DNA of 63,718 nucleotides, counting the filler, from Reclinomonas americana ATCC 50394 (taxonomy: Eukaryota): the NCBI GenBank assembly GCA_048213135.1. It is 8 parts of 4 records of this genome, joined end to end, with 100 filler letters (N's around TTAATTAATTAA, not from the genome) between each part and the next. Parts side by side here need not be neighbours in the genome. Positions count along the whole stretch, not along the records: positions 13,185 to 23,273 come from PS015139.1; positions 23,374 to 25,378 come from PS015139.1; positions 25,479 to 52,081 come from PS015139.1; 5 more parts are not named here. One strand, 5' to 3'. Within the stretch, counting starts at the first letter, position 1. Each line of letters opens with the position of its first letter. The notes below the pieces were generated by a model, which searched no databases, was not told where the DNA came from, and saw only the letters and a program-made list of their open reading frames with translations. Of this stretch, positions 20,401 to 37,395 are shown one piece after another. A program made the position numbers and the translations under genes.

Positions 20401-22210
20401 CACAACTGTCCTCGTGCATCCACCGGTGCAAACAACCGTCGATACTGCGCCACTCCACCCAGTGCCGTCAGTGCGTAATCGCCTCGACAGGTGATAATCA
20501 CCTTCACATCGCGACACACATCCAGCTGGTTCTTGACAAACAGATTCACACCACGATACAACTCATCGTATCCGTCAAGCAACAACAGCAACGGCTCCTC
20601 CTTCAGCCGTCGCACATCCGACTCCAATCCTAACTCGGGCGACAGTCGCTCAAGTGCCTCCTCCAACAATCGCTCATCGGCATTTCGCAGTGCGCCGAGA
20701 GGCACACGCACAGGCACTCGTCTGCTCTCTCTCGTCTGCCACTGTCGCCACGCTCGCTCAGCCAGCACCGACATGGTGGTGGTCTTGCCAGCTCCACTGT
20801 TGCCGAACAGCACCAGTACACGGTGGGTGGTGTTGGTGTCGGAGAGAAAGGCATCCACCTCCGTGGACAAATCCGTCATCTTCTCTCTCGAGGAAATGTC
20901 ACGCTCTCGTGAGCACAGCAGTGGCACGTACATCTGCATGTCCTTGCGCACACACTCGTCGTGCTGGTAGAACGAGAGCTCACGCACAGCCAGTCGATGC
21001 AGTCGCTCCTCGAATGTGTCCACGATGTGTCGAGCGTGACGGGCCTCAACGATACGAGCAGTGAATTGAGCTCGCTCGTCAGCCGTCAGCTGCAGTCGCG
21101 AGAGGATGGAGAAGAAGGCACCACTGTCACCGAGGTATTGCTGCACAGTGGTCTCGTTCAACACAAGTCCCTTGTGCGCCAACACGTTCCTCACGTCACG
21201 CAGCTCTTCCACAGCCTTCCGTTCATCAGCACCGTCAATCAACAACTGGCGACCGTCCTCCAGCACAAAGCCACCGAACAGCATGATGGAGGCGAGTGCA
21301 GTCACGTCGAAACCGTCACACGGAGGATCGGATGAGGGGTCAGCGTCAAATGCAGCACGCCACGCCAAGATCAACGTTTGCGCTTCTTTGAAAATATTGA
21401 CAACGCGCCCCGTAACTGGCACATGCATATCGTGCCATGCCTTCACGGCCGCCGCATGCATGGGCTTGGCTGTCGGCACAATGCTGGGCACCCACAACCA
21501 GAAATCGTCGGAGTTGATCCGCGGGGACCAGAGATCCACTGCCCATGCCCGCACATCGAAGTCGGCATGATCACGACTGAATTGCGCCAGTGTGCGTTGA
21601 CAGCGCAGACGCACAGCCTCCTCCACCACCTCAAAGGCCATGTTTATGCGCTGTGAGTTGATCATGCTGTGCGTGCACTCAAACTCAGTCAGTACAGACT
21701 CGCTCAGAGTGGAAGAACAAGGAAGGGAGAGAGGAGGATGACGAAGACAAGCACAACAAACCGAGTCACTCGCTCCGAGTTGCTGTGTGAAGACATGAGA
21801 GTGAGATGCATGTTGTGCACAGAGGGATGATTCACAAACACATGCACCTTCCACTCCCACTCCCTCCACTCGGCCGCAGCGCCGAGCCAAGTGTCAGACG
21901 GACGACGAGATGAGTCGATGAGTTAATGCCGAGATCTTCCAGCTCCAACACATCAGCCTTGGCCATCTTGTATGCTACAGGCTTCTCCACCCCCACAATC
22001 TCCATCTCCCCATCTCCACTCTTCTCACGCAGCAAGCGAGTGGCCTCGCACAGCAAGTCCGCGAGAGTGGACATGGCTGACATGCCCTCCACCACCACCG
22101 ACAGCGATGAATCATGTGCCGCACTCACATTCACAGAAAACTGTGCACAGGCAAGGATGGTGAGCACACACAGGATAAGTGGAGAAGGCATAAACACCAC
22201 ACACCGACAT
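17469..22210 (-). CDS. NLR-like STAND protein A: ubiquitin-like + HEPN + NACHT + pentapeptide + 13 WD40, ~1505 aa; exons 22210-22205, 22140-21848, 21782-21762, 21666-17469
   Basis: Four GT-AG exons total 4518 nt and stay in frame. Motifs: Ubl-like FSVNVS...STLADLL...LEDLGINSSTHLVVRL; FDVTALASI...ELRDVRNVLAH; Walker A GNSGAGKT; Walker B LLLLLDGYDE; FSGRDLSGVRMRGADLRDA; GH...TPDG...SGS.D.TVRVW repeats. Confidence 0.92.
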
Positions 22211-22445
22211 TGTGTGCGTGTGTTCTGTTCTCAGTCGTGTTTCTCACAAATTCCTGTCAATGAAGTTGTCATGGACTTGGTGGGTTTCTTTGGTGGGCAC
22301 CAACCCGCAGGGAAAGGGGGAAAGGAGGGGTTGCTGCGAGAATGCCACACTGAGTTCCACCACCTCGGATGCCCCGGGCCCATCTCCTTTTTTTCAAAGC
22401 TGATGGGCTTGAGACTTTCTTTCGTCGCCTCCCTGCAATCCGCCT

Positions 22446-27373
<4,928 letters not shown>

Positions 27374-28269
27374 CTGCAACGAGGAACAAAGAGTGAGGTG
27401 GGGGAGAAAGGTGAGAAAGGGAAGGGCAGAGCGAGAGAGAGAGAGAGATGGAGAACGAATGAGAGAAAGAAGAGTGAAAAAGCGAACAAGAGAGGAGGGA
27501 GTGGAGGGGTAGGAATAAGTGCAAGAACGAGAGACAAAGGTGCATGAGTGGGAGAAGAGAGAACGAGGAGAGAATACAAGAAGAGGAGAGGAGAGAGACA
27601 GTGAGCCTGTGAGAGTGTGCAAATGAGAGAGAGGGAGAGAGAGACTGAGAGAGAGAAAGAGAAAGAGAGAGAAAACTTAGGAGAGATGGAAGAGTGAAAA
27701 GCGTGCGAGAGAGCAGAGAGTGGAGGGGTAGGATTAGGAGCGTGTGCACGAGCAGAGTGCAAGGATGAGAGACAAAGGTAGAAAGAATGAGGAGAGAGAC
27801 AGTGAGTACGTGCAAGAGTGTGCACGAGTGACGAAGGGAGAAAGAGACAGAGAGACAGAGAGTGCGTCAGAGAGGAAATAGTGAGAAACGGAGAAAGAAT
27901 GACACAATGAAACAAATGAGATTGATAATCACAATGCGTGCATATGCGTGCGCACGAGTGTGTGCGCGCGTGCGTGTGAGAGAGAGTGAGAAGAACACAG
28001 CGCGCAACTGCACACGAGAGAGAATGCAACACGCACGAACATCGGATTAATCACCCCTTCTCTTCCCCTTTTCCTNNNNNNNNNNNNNNNNNNNNGCCCT
28101 TTTCTCTCTCTCTCTTCCCCTTTTCCTCTCCTCCTCCTCTCCTCCCCTTCTCTCCTCAACTCTTCTTGATGTTCCACCCGAGCATCGCTTGCAGAAACAC
28201 GCCAGGTTTGACAACCTTATTGACAGGAATTTGTGTGAAACACGACTGAGAACAGAACACACGCACACA

Positions 28270-31200
28270 ATGTCGGTGTGTGGTGTTTATGCCTTCTCCA
28301 CTTATCCTGTGTGTGCTCACCATCCTTGCCTGTGCACAGTTTTCTGTGAATGTGAGCGCGGCGCATGATTCGTCACTTTCGGTGGTTGTGGAGGGCATGT
28401 CGGCGATGTCCACTCTCGCGGACTTGCTGCGCGAGGCCACACGCTTGCTGCGCGAGAAGAGTGGAGATGAACAGATGGAGATTATCGGAGTGGAGAAGCC
28501 GAGTGCATTCGACTTGGAGGACGTGGGCGAGTTGAAGTTGAAATCACTCGGCATTAACTCGTCCACTCATCTCGTCGTCCGTGTGACACTTGGCGTGGCG
28601 CTGCAGTCGAGTGGAGGGAGTGGGAGTGAGAGTGGAAGGTGTGTTTGCGAATCATCTCTCTGCGCCAAGCATGCAGCTCACTCTCATGTCGTCGCACAGC
28701 AACTCAGAGCGAGTGACTCGGTTTGTTCTGCTTGCCTTCGTCCTTTTCTCCCCTGGTTGTTCTTCGTGCGATGCGAGTCTGTGCTAAATATGTGCTAAAT
28801 ATGTGTGTGTGCACACATGCAGCATGATCAACTTCAATCGAATCTGCATGGCCTTTGAGGTAGCGGAGGAGGCTGTGCGTCTGCGCTGTCGACGCGCGTT
28901 GGCCCAGTTCAGTCGCGATAATCCCGACTTTGATGTGCGGGCGTGGGTGCCGAGTTTCACGCCTACTGGCATGGATGCGGCGGCAGTGAAGGCATGGCGT
29001 GAGCGACATGCTCCACTCCACCCCGGACGAGTCAAGATGTTTGAGGAGAAGCAGCCTGTGGCGTTGGCCTGGCGTGCTGCCTTTGACAGCGACCCCTCGT
29101 CCGACCCTCGGTGCGACGGATTCGACACGACGGCACTCACCTCCATTATTCTGTATGGTGGCTTCGTTCATGATGACGGTCGCAAGATGCTGCTGATTGA
29201 CGATGTTGATGAACGCAAGGCAGTGGAGGAGCTGCACGGTGTCAGGAACAAGCTGAGACACGATGAGTTGCCGTTGACGGATGCCAGTGTGCAGGAGTAC
29301 CTTGGTGACTGTGGGGTCTTTCTCTCCATCCTCTCTCGACTGCAGTTGTCGGCTGATGAGCGAGCTCGATTCTCTGCTCGTATCTGTGAGGCACGTCACG
29401 TCCAGCACATTATCAGCACATTCGAGGAGCGACTGCATCGATTGGCTGTGCGTGAGGTCTCCTTCTACCAGCACGACGAGAGTGTGCGCAAGGACATGCA
29501 GATGTATGTGCCACTACTGTGCTCACGTGAGCGCGATGTTTCCGCGAGAGACAAGATGATGGATCTGTTGACGGAGGTGGATGCCTTCCTCTCCGACAAG
29601 AACACCACGCACCGTGTGCTGGTGCTCTTTGGCAACAGCGGAGCGGGCAAGACCACCACCATGTCAGTGCTGGCTGAGCGAGCATGGCGACAATGTCATA
29701 CGGGAGAAAGCAGACGAGTGCCTATGCGTGTGCCTCTTGGTGCTCTGCGCAATGCCGATGAGCGATTGTTGGAGGAGGCATTGGAGCGACTGTCACCCGA
29801 GTTAGGTTTGGAGTCGGATGTGCGACGATTGAAAGAGGAACCACTGCTGTTATTGCTTGACGGGTACGATGAGTTGTACCGTGGTGTGAATCTGTTTGTC
29901 AAGAACCAGCTGGATGTGTGTCGCGATGTCAAGGTGATTATCACCTGTCGTGGCGATTATGCGCTGACGGCACTGGGTGGCNNNNNNNNNNNNNNNNNNN
30001 NTCTCCGACACAGACACACGAACCACATTCCTCTCGTGCATCAACCGTGCCAGTCCCTCACAGAATGAGAGACACACCTCCTCACTCGGCACACGCTCCG
30101 CACCAAGACGCGTCTGCCTCTCTTGCTCCCTCACAATCCACTGTCGAATGAATCGGTCAAACACATCGCACCGAGTCGGTCGCTGCACACCACTCGCCAC
30201 CAACTGTGGCAACACATGAGCCACCACTGCCAGCAGGAATGGATTCGACACCAGTGCATCCAGTCCATGTACACTCTTCAGTGCACGAATGTACTCATCG
30301 GCAGTCGACCACCGCACTTCACCATCGTCATCACCCACATGTACCAGTCGCTCGAAGTATTCTTCAATCTGCTCCGTGTTGAACGGAGCAATGTGTCGCT
30401 CCATCAGCTGCTGCATGCACAACTGTCCCCGTGCGTCCACCGGCGCAAAGTACCGTCGATACTGCGTCACNNNNNNNNNNNNNNNNNNNNNNNNNNNNNN
30501 NNNNNNNNNNNNNNNNNNNNNNNNNNNNNNNNNNNNNNNNNNNNNNNNNNNNNNNNNNNNNNNNNNNNNNNNNNNNNNNNNNNNNNNNNNNNNNNNNNNN
30601 NNNNNNNNNNNNNNNNNNNNNNNNNNNNNNNNNNNNNNNNNNNNNNNNNNNNNNNNNNNNNNNNNNNNNNNNNNNNNNNNNNNNNNNNNNNNNNNNNNNN
30701 NNNNNNNNNNNNNNNNNNNNNNNNNNNNNNNNNNNNNNNNNNNNNNNNNNNNNNNNNNNNNNNNNNNNNNNNNNNNNNNNNNNNNNNNNNNNNNNNNNNN
30801 NNNNNNNNNNNNNNNNNNNNNNNNNNNNNNNNNNNNNNNNNNNNNNNNNNNNNNNNNNNNNNNNNNNNNNNNNNNNNNNNNNNNNNNNNNNNNNNNNNNN
30901 NNNNNNNNNNNNNNNNNNNNNNNNNNNNNNNNNNNNNNNNNNNNNNNNNNNNNNNNNNNNNNNNNNNNNNNNNNNNNNNNNNNNNNNNNNNNNNNNNNNN
31001 NNNNNNNNNNNNNNNNNNNNNNNNNNNNNNNNNNNNNNNNNNNNNNNNNNNNNNNNNNNNNNNNNNNNNNNNNNNNNNNNNNNNNNNNNNNNNNNNNNNN
31101 NNNNNNNNNNNNNNNNNNNNNNNNNNNNNNNNNNNNNNNNNNNNNNNNNNNNNNNNNNNNNNNNNNNNNNNNNNNNNNNNNNNNNNNNNNNNNNNNNNNN

Positions 31201-34031
31201 NNNNNNNNNNNNNNNNNNNNNNNNNNNNNNNNNNNNNNNNNNNNNNNNNNNNNNNNNNNNNNNNNNNNNNNNNNNNNNNNNNNNNNNNNNNNNNNNNNNN
31301 NNNNNNNNNNNNNNNNNNNNNNNNNNNNNNNNNNNNNNNNNNNNNNNNNNNNNNNNNNNNNNNNNNNNNNNNNNNNNNNNNNNNNNNNNNNNNNNNNNNN
31401 NNNNNNNNNNNNNNNNNNNNNNNNNNNNNNNNNNNNNNNNNNNNNNGTCAATCAAGTGAGGATGACTTTGGCGGCGCTCCACTCGACCGTCGACGAGTGG
31501 AAGATGGACCGTTTGACAAGTTCCTCGGACACAAGAACCAGCATGTGCGAGTGTGCTGTCCAATTGTGCGACGGTATGGGACGACGCAGTGGGGATTCGT
31601 GCATCTGTCGTTGCTGGAGCACTGTGTGGCACGGCATGTGTTTGCGTGGGAGACGTGGGACGAAGAGAGGAGATTGACGATAGAAGATGTGCAGCAGCAT
31701 GTGTTGGCAGTGCGACTGCTGAATGATCGACCATCGCTGGTGGAGCAGATGGCCGAGGTGGTGCGACGGTCTCTTGCATTGCAAGCGAGGTTGTGGGAGG
31801 TAATTTATTTGTCTCGCGTGGAGGATGACGATCGAGTGGTGACGGCGGCGGCGAATGCAGCGACGGTGTTGTGTGTGGCACAAGTGTCGTTCAGTGGGCG
31901 AGATCTGTCGGGTGTGCGAGTGAGAGGTGCGGATTTGAGGGATGCGGTGATGCACCGGACGGTGTGGAGGGGAGCGGATCTGCGAGGAGTGAATGTGTGC
32001 ATGGCATATGCGAGGGAGGCAGATTTCAGGGGTGCTGAGGTGGCGGGTGTGAAGTGGCCGAGAAAACCGATGGAGGGGCACACTGAATATGTGACTTCTG
32101 TCGCCATTACACCCGATGGCCAGCATGTTGTGAGTGGCAGTGAGGACAAGACTGTACGGGTGTGGTCGCTGGCAAGTGGCGTGGAGGTGCACCGACTGGA
32201 AGGCCACACGGGTTGGGTGACTGCAGTGGCTGTAACACCTGATGGCAAGCTCATTGTTAGTGGCAGTCGGGACGAGACTGTACGGGTGTGGTCGGTGGCA
32301 AGTGGCGAGGAGGTGCGCCGACTGGAAGGTCACACGAGTTGGGTGTCTGCAGTGGCAGTGACACCGGATGGCCAGCTTGTTGTGAGTGGCAGTGGGGACA
32401 AGACAGTGCGAGTGTGGTCGGTGGCAAGTGGCGAGGAGGTGCGCCGACTGAAAGGCCACGCTAGAGGGGTGAGTGCGGTGGCAGTGACACCCGATGGCCA
32501 GCACATTGTATGTGGCAGTTGGGACGGGACTGTACGAGTGTGGTCAGTGGCGAATGGAGAAGAAGTACGACGACAGGAGGGACACACGAGTGGGGTGTGG
32601 GCAGTGACAGTGACACCCGATGGCCAGCTCATCGTGAGTGGGAGTGATGACAAGACCGTGCGAGTGTGGTCACTGGCGAATGGAGATGAAGTGCGACGGT
32701 TCGATGGGCACACTGCCGCAGTATACACTGTCGCCGTCACTCCCGATGGGCAGCACGTCGTCAGCGGGAGTGAGGACTTGACTGTGCGGGTTTGGTCACT
32801 AGTGAGTGGCGAAGAAGTGCGGCGGTTGGAGGGACACACTGGTCCGTTGCATTCAATCAAGATTACTCCTGATGGTCAGTATATCGTGAGTGGGAGTGCA
32901 GATATGACAGTGCGAATGTGGCCTGTGATAGGTGATGAAGACGTACGACGGCTGGGTGGACACACCGAAGTGGTGCATTCAGTTGTGCTCACCCACGATT
33001 GTCAGCATGCTGTGAGTGCCGGTGATGACGGCACGGTGAGAATGTGGTCTGTGTCAACAGGCGAGGAACTGTGGAAGGTGGCAGGACAGTCCTCCGAGTT
33101 TGCTGTTTCTCCAGATGGTCAAATTGCTGTGAGTGGGAGTGAGGACGGGTCTATTCTGGTGTGGTCGTTGGTTCGTGGAGAAGAAGTGCGACGATTCGAG
33201 GGGCACGATGGTTATGTAATGTGTGTTGCCGTCACTTCCAATGGTCAGTACATTGTCAGCGGAGGCTGTGACAAGACAGTGCGAGTGTGGTCATTGGTGA
33301 GTGGAGAAGAGTTGCGGCGGTTGGAAGGACACACTGGAAGGGTGACATGTGTTGTCGTAGCTCCTGATGGTAAGCATATTGTGAGCGGAGGTGGACACGG
33401 GACGGTGCGAGTGTGGTCATCAGCGAGTGGAGAAGAAGTGCGACTGTTGAGGGGACACGCTTTCAGTGTGAACTCCGTCGTTGTCACTCCTGATGGTCAG
33501 CACATCGTTAGCGGGAGTTATGACAGCACAGTACGAGTGTGGTCACTGGCAAGCGGGGAGGAGATGCGCCGACTGGAGGGACACACTGGATTTGTGCAGT
33601 CTGTTGCCGTCACTCCTGATGGTCTGCACGTCGTAAGTGGGAGTCGGGACGGTACGATACGAGTGTGGTCACTGGCGAGTGCTGAGAAGATGCGCCGACT
33701 GGTACACACTGACAGTGTGAAGTCTGTCGACGTCACTCCCGATGGCCAGTACATCGCGAGCTTCAGTGGTCACGGAGAAGTACGGGTGTGGTCACTGTCG
33801 ACTGGAAAAGAAGTGCCTCTTGATGAGCAAGCGGATCTAGTGAACCCCTCAGCGGAACGTGTGACTTATCTTCGCTGCATGGCGTACGGTTCTGCGTTCT
33901 CCGCCCGTGTGTCCGGCAAGAGGATCTTTCTGATGCATCGAAACACCCGCGGGCTTGTGGAACGTATTCTCGGCACCGTCTTGCCCGACTTTACCAACGC
34001 GCTTGGTGCTTTGAGTGGCGTCGCACCTTGA
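28270..34031 (+). CDS. NLR-like STAND protein B: ubiquitin-like + HEPN + NACHT + pentapeptide + 14 WD40; exons 28270-28275, 28340-28638, 28700-28720, 28823-34031 (interrupted by gaps and a flipped contig)
   Basis: Same exon structure and phases as paralog A. Motifs: FDTTALTSII...ELHGVRNKLRH; GNSGAGKT; LLLLLDGYDE; pentapeptide block; 14 WD40 units, mostly 42 aa (126 nt), at ~32070-33815. Confidence 0.92.
30002..30470 (-). other. Mis-oriented contig carrying the missing middle of gene B's NACHT region
   Basis: Reverse complement reads VTQYRRYFAPVDARGQLCMQQ...NVVRVSVSE. This continues ALTALGG (ending 29981) and, by alignment to paralog A, precedes EDDFGGAP (~31458). N gaps on both sides. Confidence 0.9.
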
Positions 34032-34334
34032 GGAAGTGACCTACGAGGAGGGCGAAGAAGATGAGGTGGACGAGGAGTCTGAATTCGATGACGATGATGG
34101 CGATGAAGACGACGACGCGAGCATCACTGATTGACACGATAGAGACGATCATGCAGCTGTTCGCGGTTTGGAGTGAACTTCTCGATGCTTGTAAGTTTGG
34201 CATCTACAACCCCACATTCACTGCGGTTGCCTTGCCTTGATGTGTAAAGTGGGCGAGAGGAATGAAGCGGGAATGAGGAGGGGAGGTGAGAAAGAAAGAA
34301 AGAGAGAGAGAGAGATAGAGATATATATATACTG

Positions 34335-34383
<49 letters not shown>

Positions 34384-35540
34384 AATACCTTGATGTCTGC
34401 CGTCTTGAATACGTTTGACAGTTGGCTGCGCCTGTCACTGGCTGCGCATGCGATTGATGTTGCAAATGCGACGGCGTCCATCGAGACGTTTTCGTCTGTC
34501 TTTCGAGAGAACTCTCAGCAGCAGAGCCAACATCTGTTCCCGCGCGCTTCTAATACAAACTAATCTTCACTCTGGTGCATTTGTCTCTCTGGTGCAGTTG
34601 TCTCTCCCGACGCCACTCATAAAAGCCCCGCAGTGCGTGGCTATATAGGACAACGTGCTGATCAGCGATGGCCTCATGATCACTGCGTGCTCGAAAGCAT
34701 GATTGCTCCAATGCATGATTGCGCGAGCCCGCAGCGGGCTCGATCATGACGCTGCTAGAATTTAGCATACACACCCGCGAACCTTTGACCCTTGTACATT
34801 TCTCTCCTCGACGCATCCCTTGCATAACACTTCACGACGAACAAGTCGCAAAACCACACGCGGGTCCTATTGGACAATCAATCGCGTTCCTCTTCCGCCC
34901 TGTCAAGTCACGGAGACGAGTCGGAGAGTAAGAGAGTGAGAGTTCGAGTGCACAAGGCAAGGAGGAAAACGGCGGTGAATGAGCTCATGGTGGCGAAGGG
35001 TGAGTGCGGAATTTGCATCCTTTGTGTGGAAGCCTGTGTGTGAGTGAGTGTGTGTGTGAGTGTGAGTGAGTGAGTGAGCGTGAGAGAGATAGAGGGAGAG
35101 ATAGCAGGAGAGAGTGCGCAAGAATGTGTGCGTTGTTGAGTGGAGTTGTGCGCGGGTGTTTGCCATGATTCGTCTCTCTTTCTCTCTCTCGCGCACACTC
35201 TCAACTCACTCTCATGCACACTCATACACACACACACACTCACTCACGCACACACACACACACTTGCACTTGCACACAAATTCACGCGCTCACCAATTCA
35301 GACAATCACTCTCCCTTACTCTCTCTTGCACACACTCTCCCTCACTCTCTCCCCTTCCTCCCTCTCCACTCCCCACTCCTCTCTCCGACTTTGACTTTTA
35401 TGAGCGGAGGAATTGCGTTGAAAAGGAGATGTCCGCAGTATTTCTCTGATTAGCCTCAAGACACTCACACAGAGAGAAGAAGATGACCAGCAGTGCGAGT
35501 GCCTCTCTGCTCGACTTTGACGATGAGTCAGTGGCGACAG

Positions 35541-35819
35541 ACGAGTGCTCCTCTGTTGTTGTCTGCGATAATGAGCCCACTGATGATGAGGAAGGAGAGA
35601 GGAGTGAGAGAAGAACAGGAGTCGCGTCTCTTGTGCGCTGGTGGTCTGCGCGGGAAACAGCAGCTGCCTCGCCCTTTGTGCCTGTGAGGAGAAGGGAGAG
35701 AGGTGCGCTGGCTGCTGTCACCTCTGCGCGATGGGTAATGAGACAGCAGTTGTTGCATCCACCGCTGAAATCTGTGTCGGTCTGTACCTTGTGGAGAGCA
35801 CACACACACACTCACACAT

Positions 35820-35858
<39 letters not shown>

Positions 35859-36700
35859 GCACTCTTCGTTGTCCTTTGTACATTCGAGAAGGAGAAGCCA
35901 CCTGTTGCGCGTCGAACGATGAGACAGCAGCGTTAGGATGCACGGAAGAGAGGAGAACGCACAGCAGCAGCAGGGCATCGCTTCTCTTTCTCGACTCGTG
36001 CTCCTCTGTTGTTTTCTGTGATAATGAGCCCACTGATGATGAGGAAGGAGAGAAGAGTGAGAGAAGAACGGGAGTGGCATCGTTGGTGCGCTGGTGGTCT
36101 GCGCGGGAAACAGCTGCTGCTTCTCCCTTTGTGCCTGTGAGAAGGAGAGAGGCCAGAGGAGCTCTTGCTGCTGTCACCTCTGCGCGTTGGGTCATGCGGC
36201 AGCAGCTGCTTCATCCGCCTGTCAAATCTGTGTCGGTCTGTACCTTGTGGAGAGCACACACACACTCACACATACTTGCAGAGAGAGAGAGAGAGAGAGA
36301 GCCCTTCGTTGTTCTTTGTACTTTCAAGAAGGAGAAGCCACCTGTTGCGCGTCGAACGATGAGAAAGCAGCGTTAGGATGTAATCGTCGGACTGAGAAGA
36401 GGAAATCGAACAGTGACAGAGCAGCAACAGTCCATCGTTTCTCTGTCGTTCGTTGCGATAGTGAGCTTGCCGGCGATGAGTGAGAGGTGACGAGCAACGA
36501 TAGTCAATTGCCTCTCTATTTCGACGATAACAGCTCAGAGCTGGAGTCACTTGATCTGCAGCGTAGACAGCGGCCGCATTACACGCAACATTTGTAATGA
36601 GTAGTGAGGTGTAGGATGCTCTTGCTTCTGTGTCATCACGTGGGGCCATGTGGCGGCTGTTCATCCGCCACTCAAATCCTTTGCACTCTCCCTGTCTCTC
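35541..36700. repeat. Tandem duplication of a ~450 bp unit (two close copies and a third diverged copy)
   Basis: GTGCTCCTCTGTTGTT.TCTG.GATAATGAGCCCACTGATGATGAGGAAGGAGAG...CAGCGTTAGGATG at ~35545-35940 and ~35998-36380. Remnants (GATAGTGAGC..GATGAG, GCTCTTGCT, TTCATCCGCC) at ~36440-36680. Confidence 0.8.
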
Positions 36701-36743
36701 TCCCTATCTTCTGTCTCTCTTTCTTTCTTTCTTTTTTCTCTCT

Positions 36744-36816
<73 letters not shown>

Positions 36817-37098
36817 CACACACACACACACGTACGACCGTAACCGTAACCGACGACACACTAGTACGACGTACGTTACGACGTACGTACGACCGACGAC
36901 ACGACGGAGGAGNNNNNNNNNNNNNNNNNNNNNNNNNNNNNCTTTCGTCGTTCTTCGTTCGGTTCGTCGTCTACTACGGGTCCGGACGTACGTGGTCGGG
37001 CGGTCGTTCGTCTCCGTCCGACCTCCAACTACTTTACTCGTACTCTCCTCTCTCTCTCCTCTCTCTCTCTCTCTTCTTCTTCTTTCTTTCTTCTCTCT

Positions 37099-37166
<68 letters not shown>

Positions 37167-37395
37167 ACTCTCACATACACACGCTGCACGTAAACCTCGG
37201 AGACACATAGAGCGATTGACCAGTGATGGGAGGAGATGGAGCGCAGAGAATGCACATGAGACACAAAGAGACGGAGATGAGAAACTCTCTGTCTCTCTCT
37301 CACACACACGCACCGATATATCCGACACCCCTACCTTCTCTTTCCCTCACCTGCCTCACCTCCTGCTTCCCCTTTTCCCCCTTTCCCTATATCAG

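Noticed and set aside
21667-21890. N-terminus MARRCGRVEG... of the 1473-aa ORF
   Set aside because: Mostly intron or out-of-frame sequence. The spliced model conserved in both paralogs explains the region better.
30002-30470. Programmed invertible segment (phase variation) inside NLR gene B
   Set aside because: Both boundaries are N gaps, no inverted recombination sites are visible, and similar flips occur elsewhere in the window. Mis-orientation is simpler, though long reads would settle it.
32070-33815. 126-bp periodic repeat as CRISPR or non-coding array
   Set aside because: It is fully in frame and encodes WD40 repeats.
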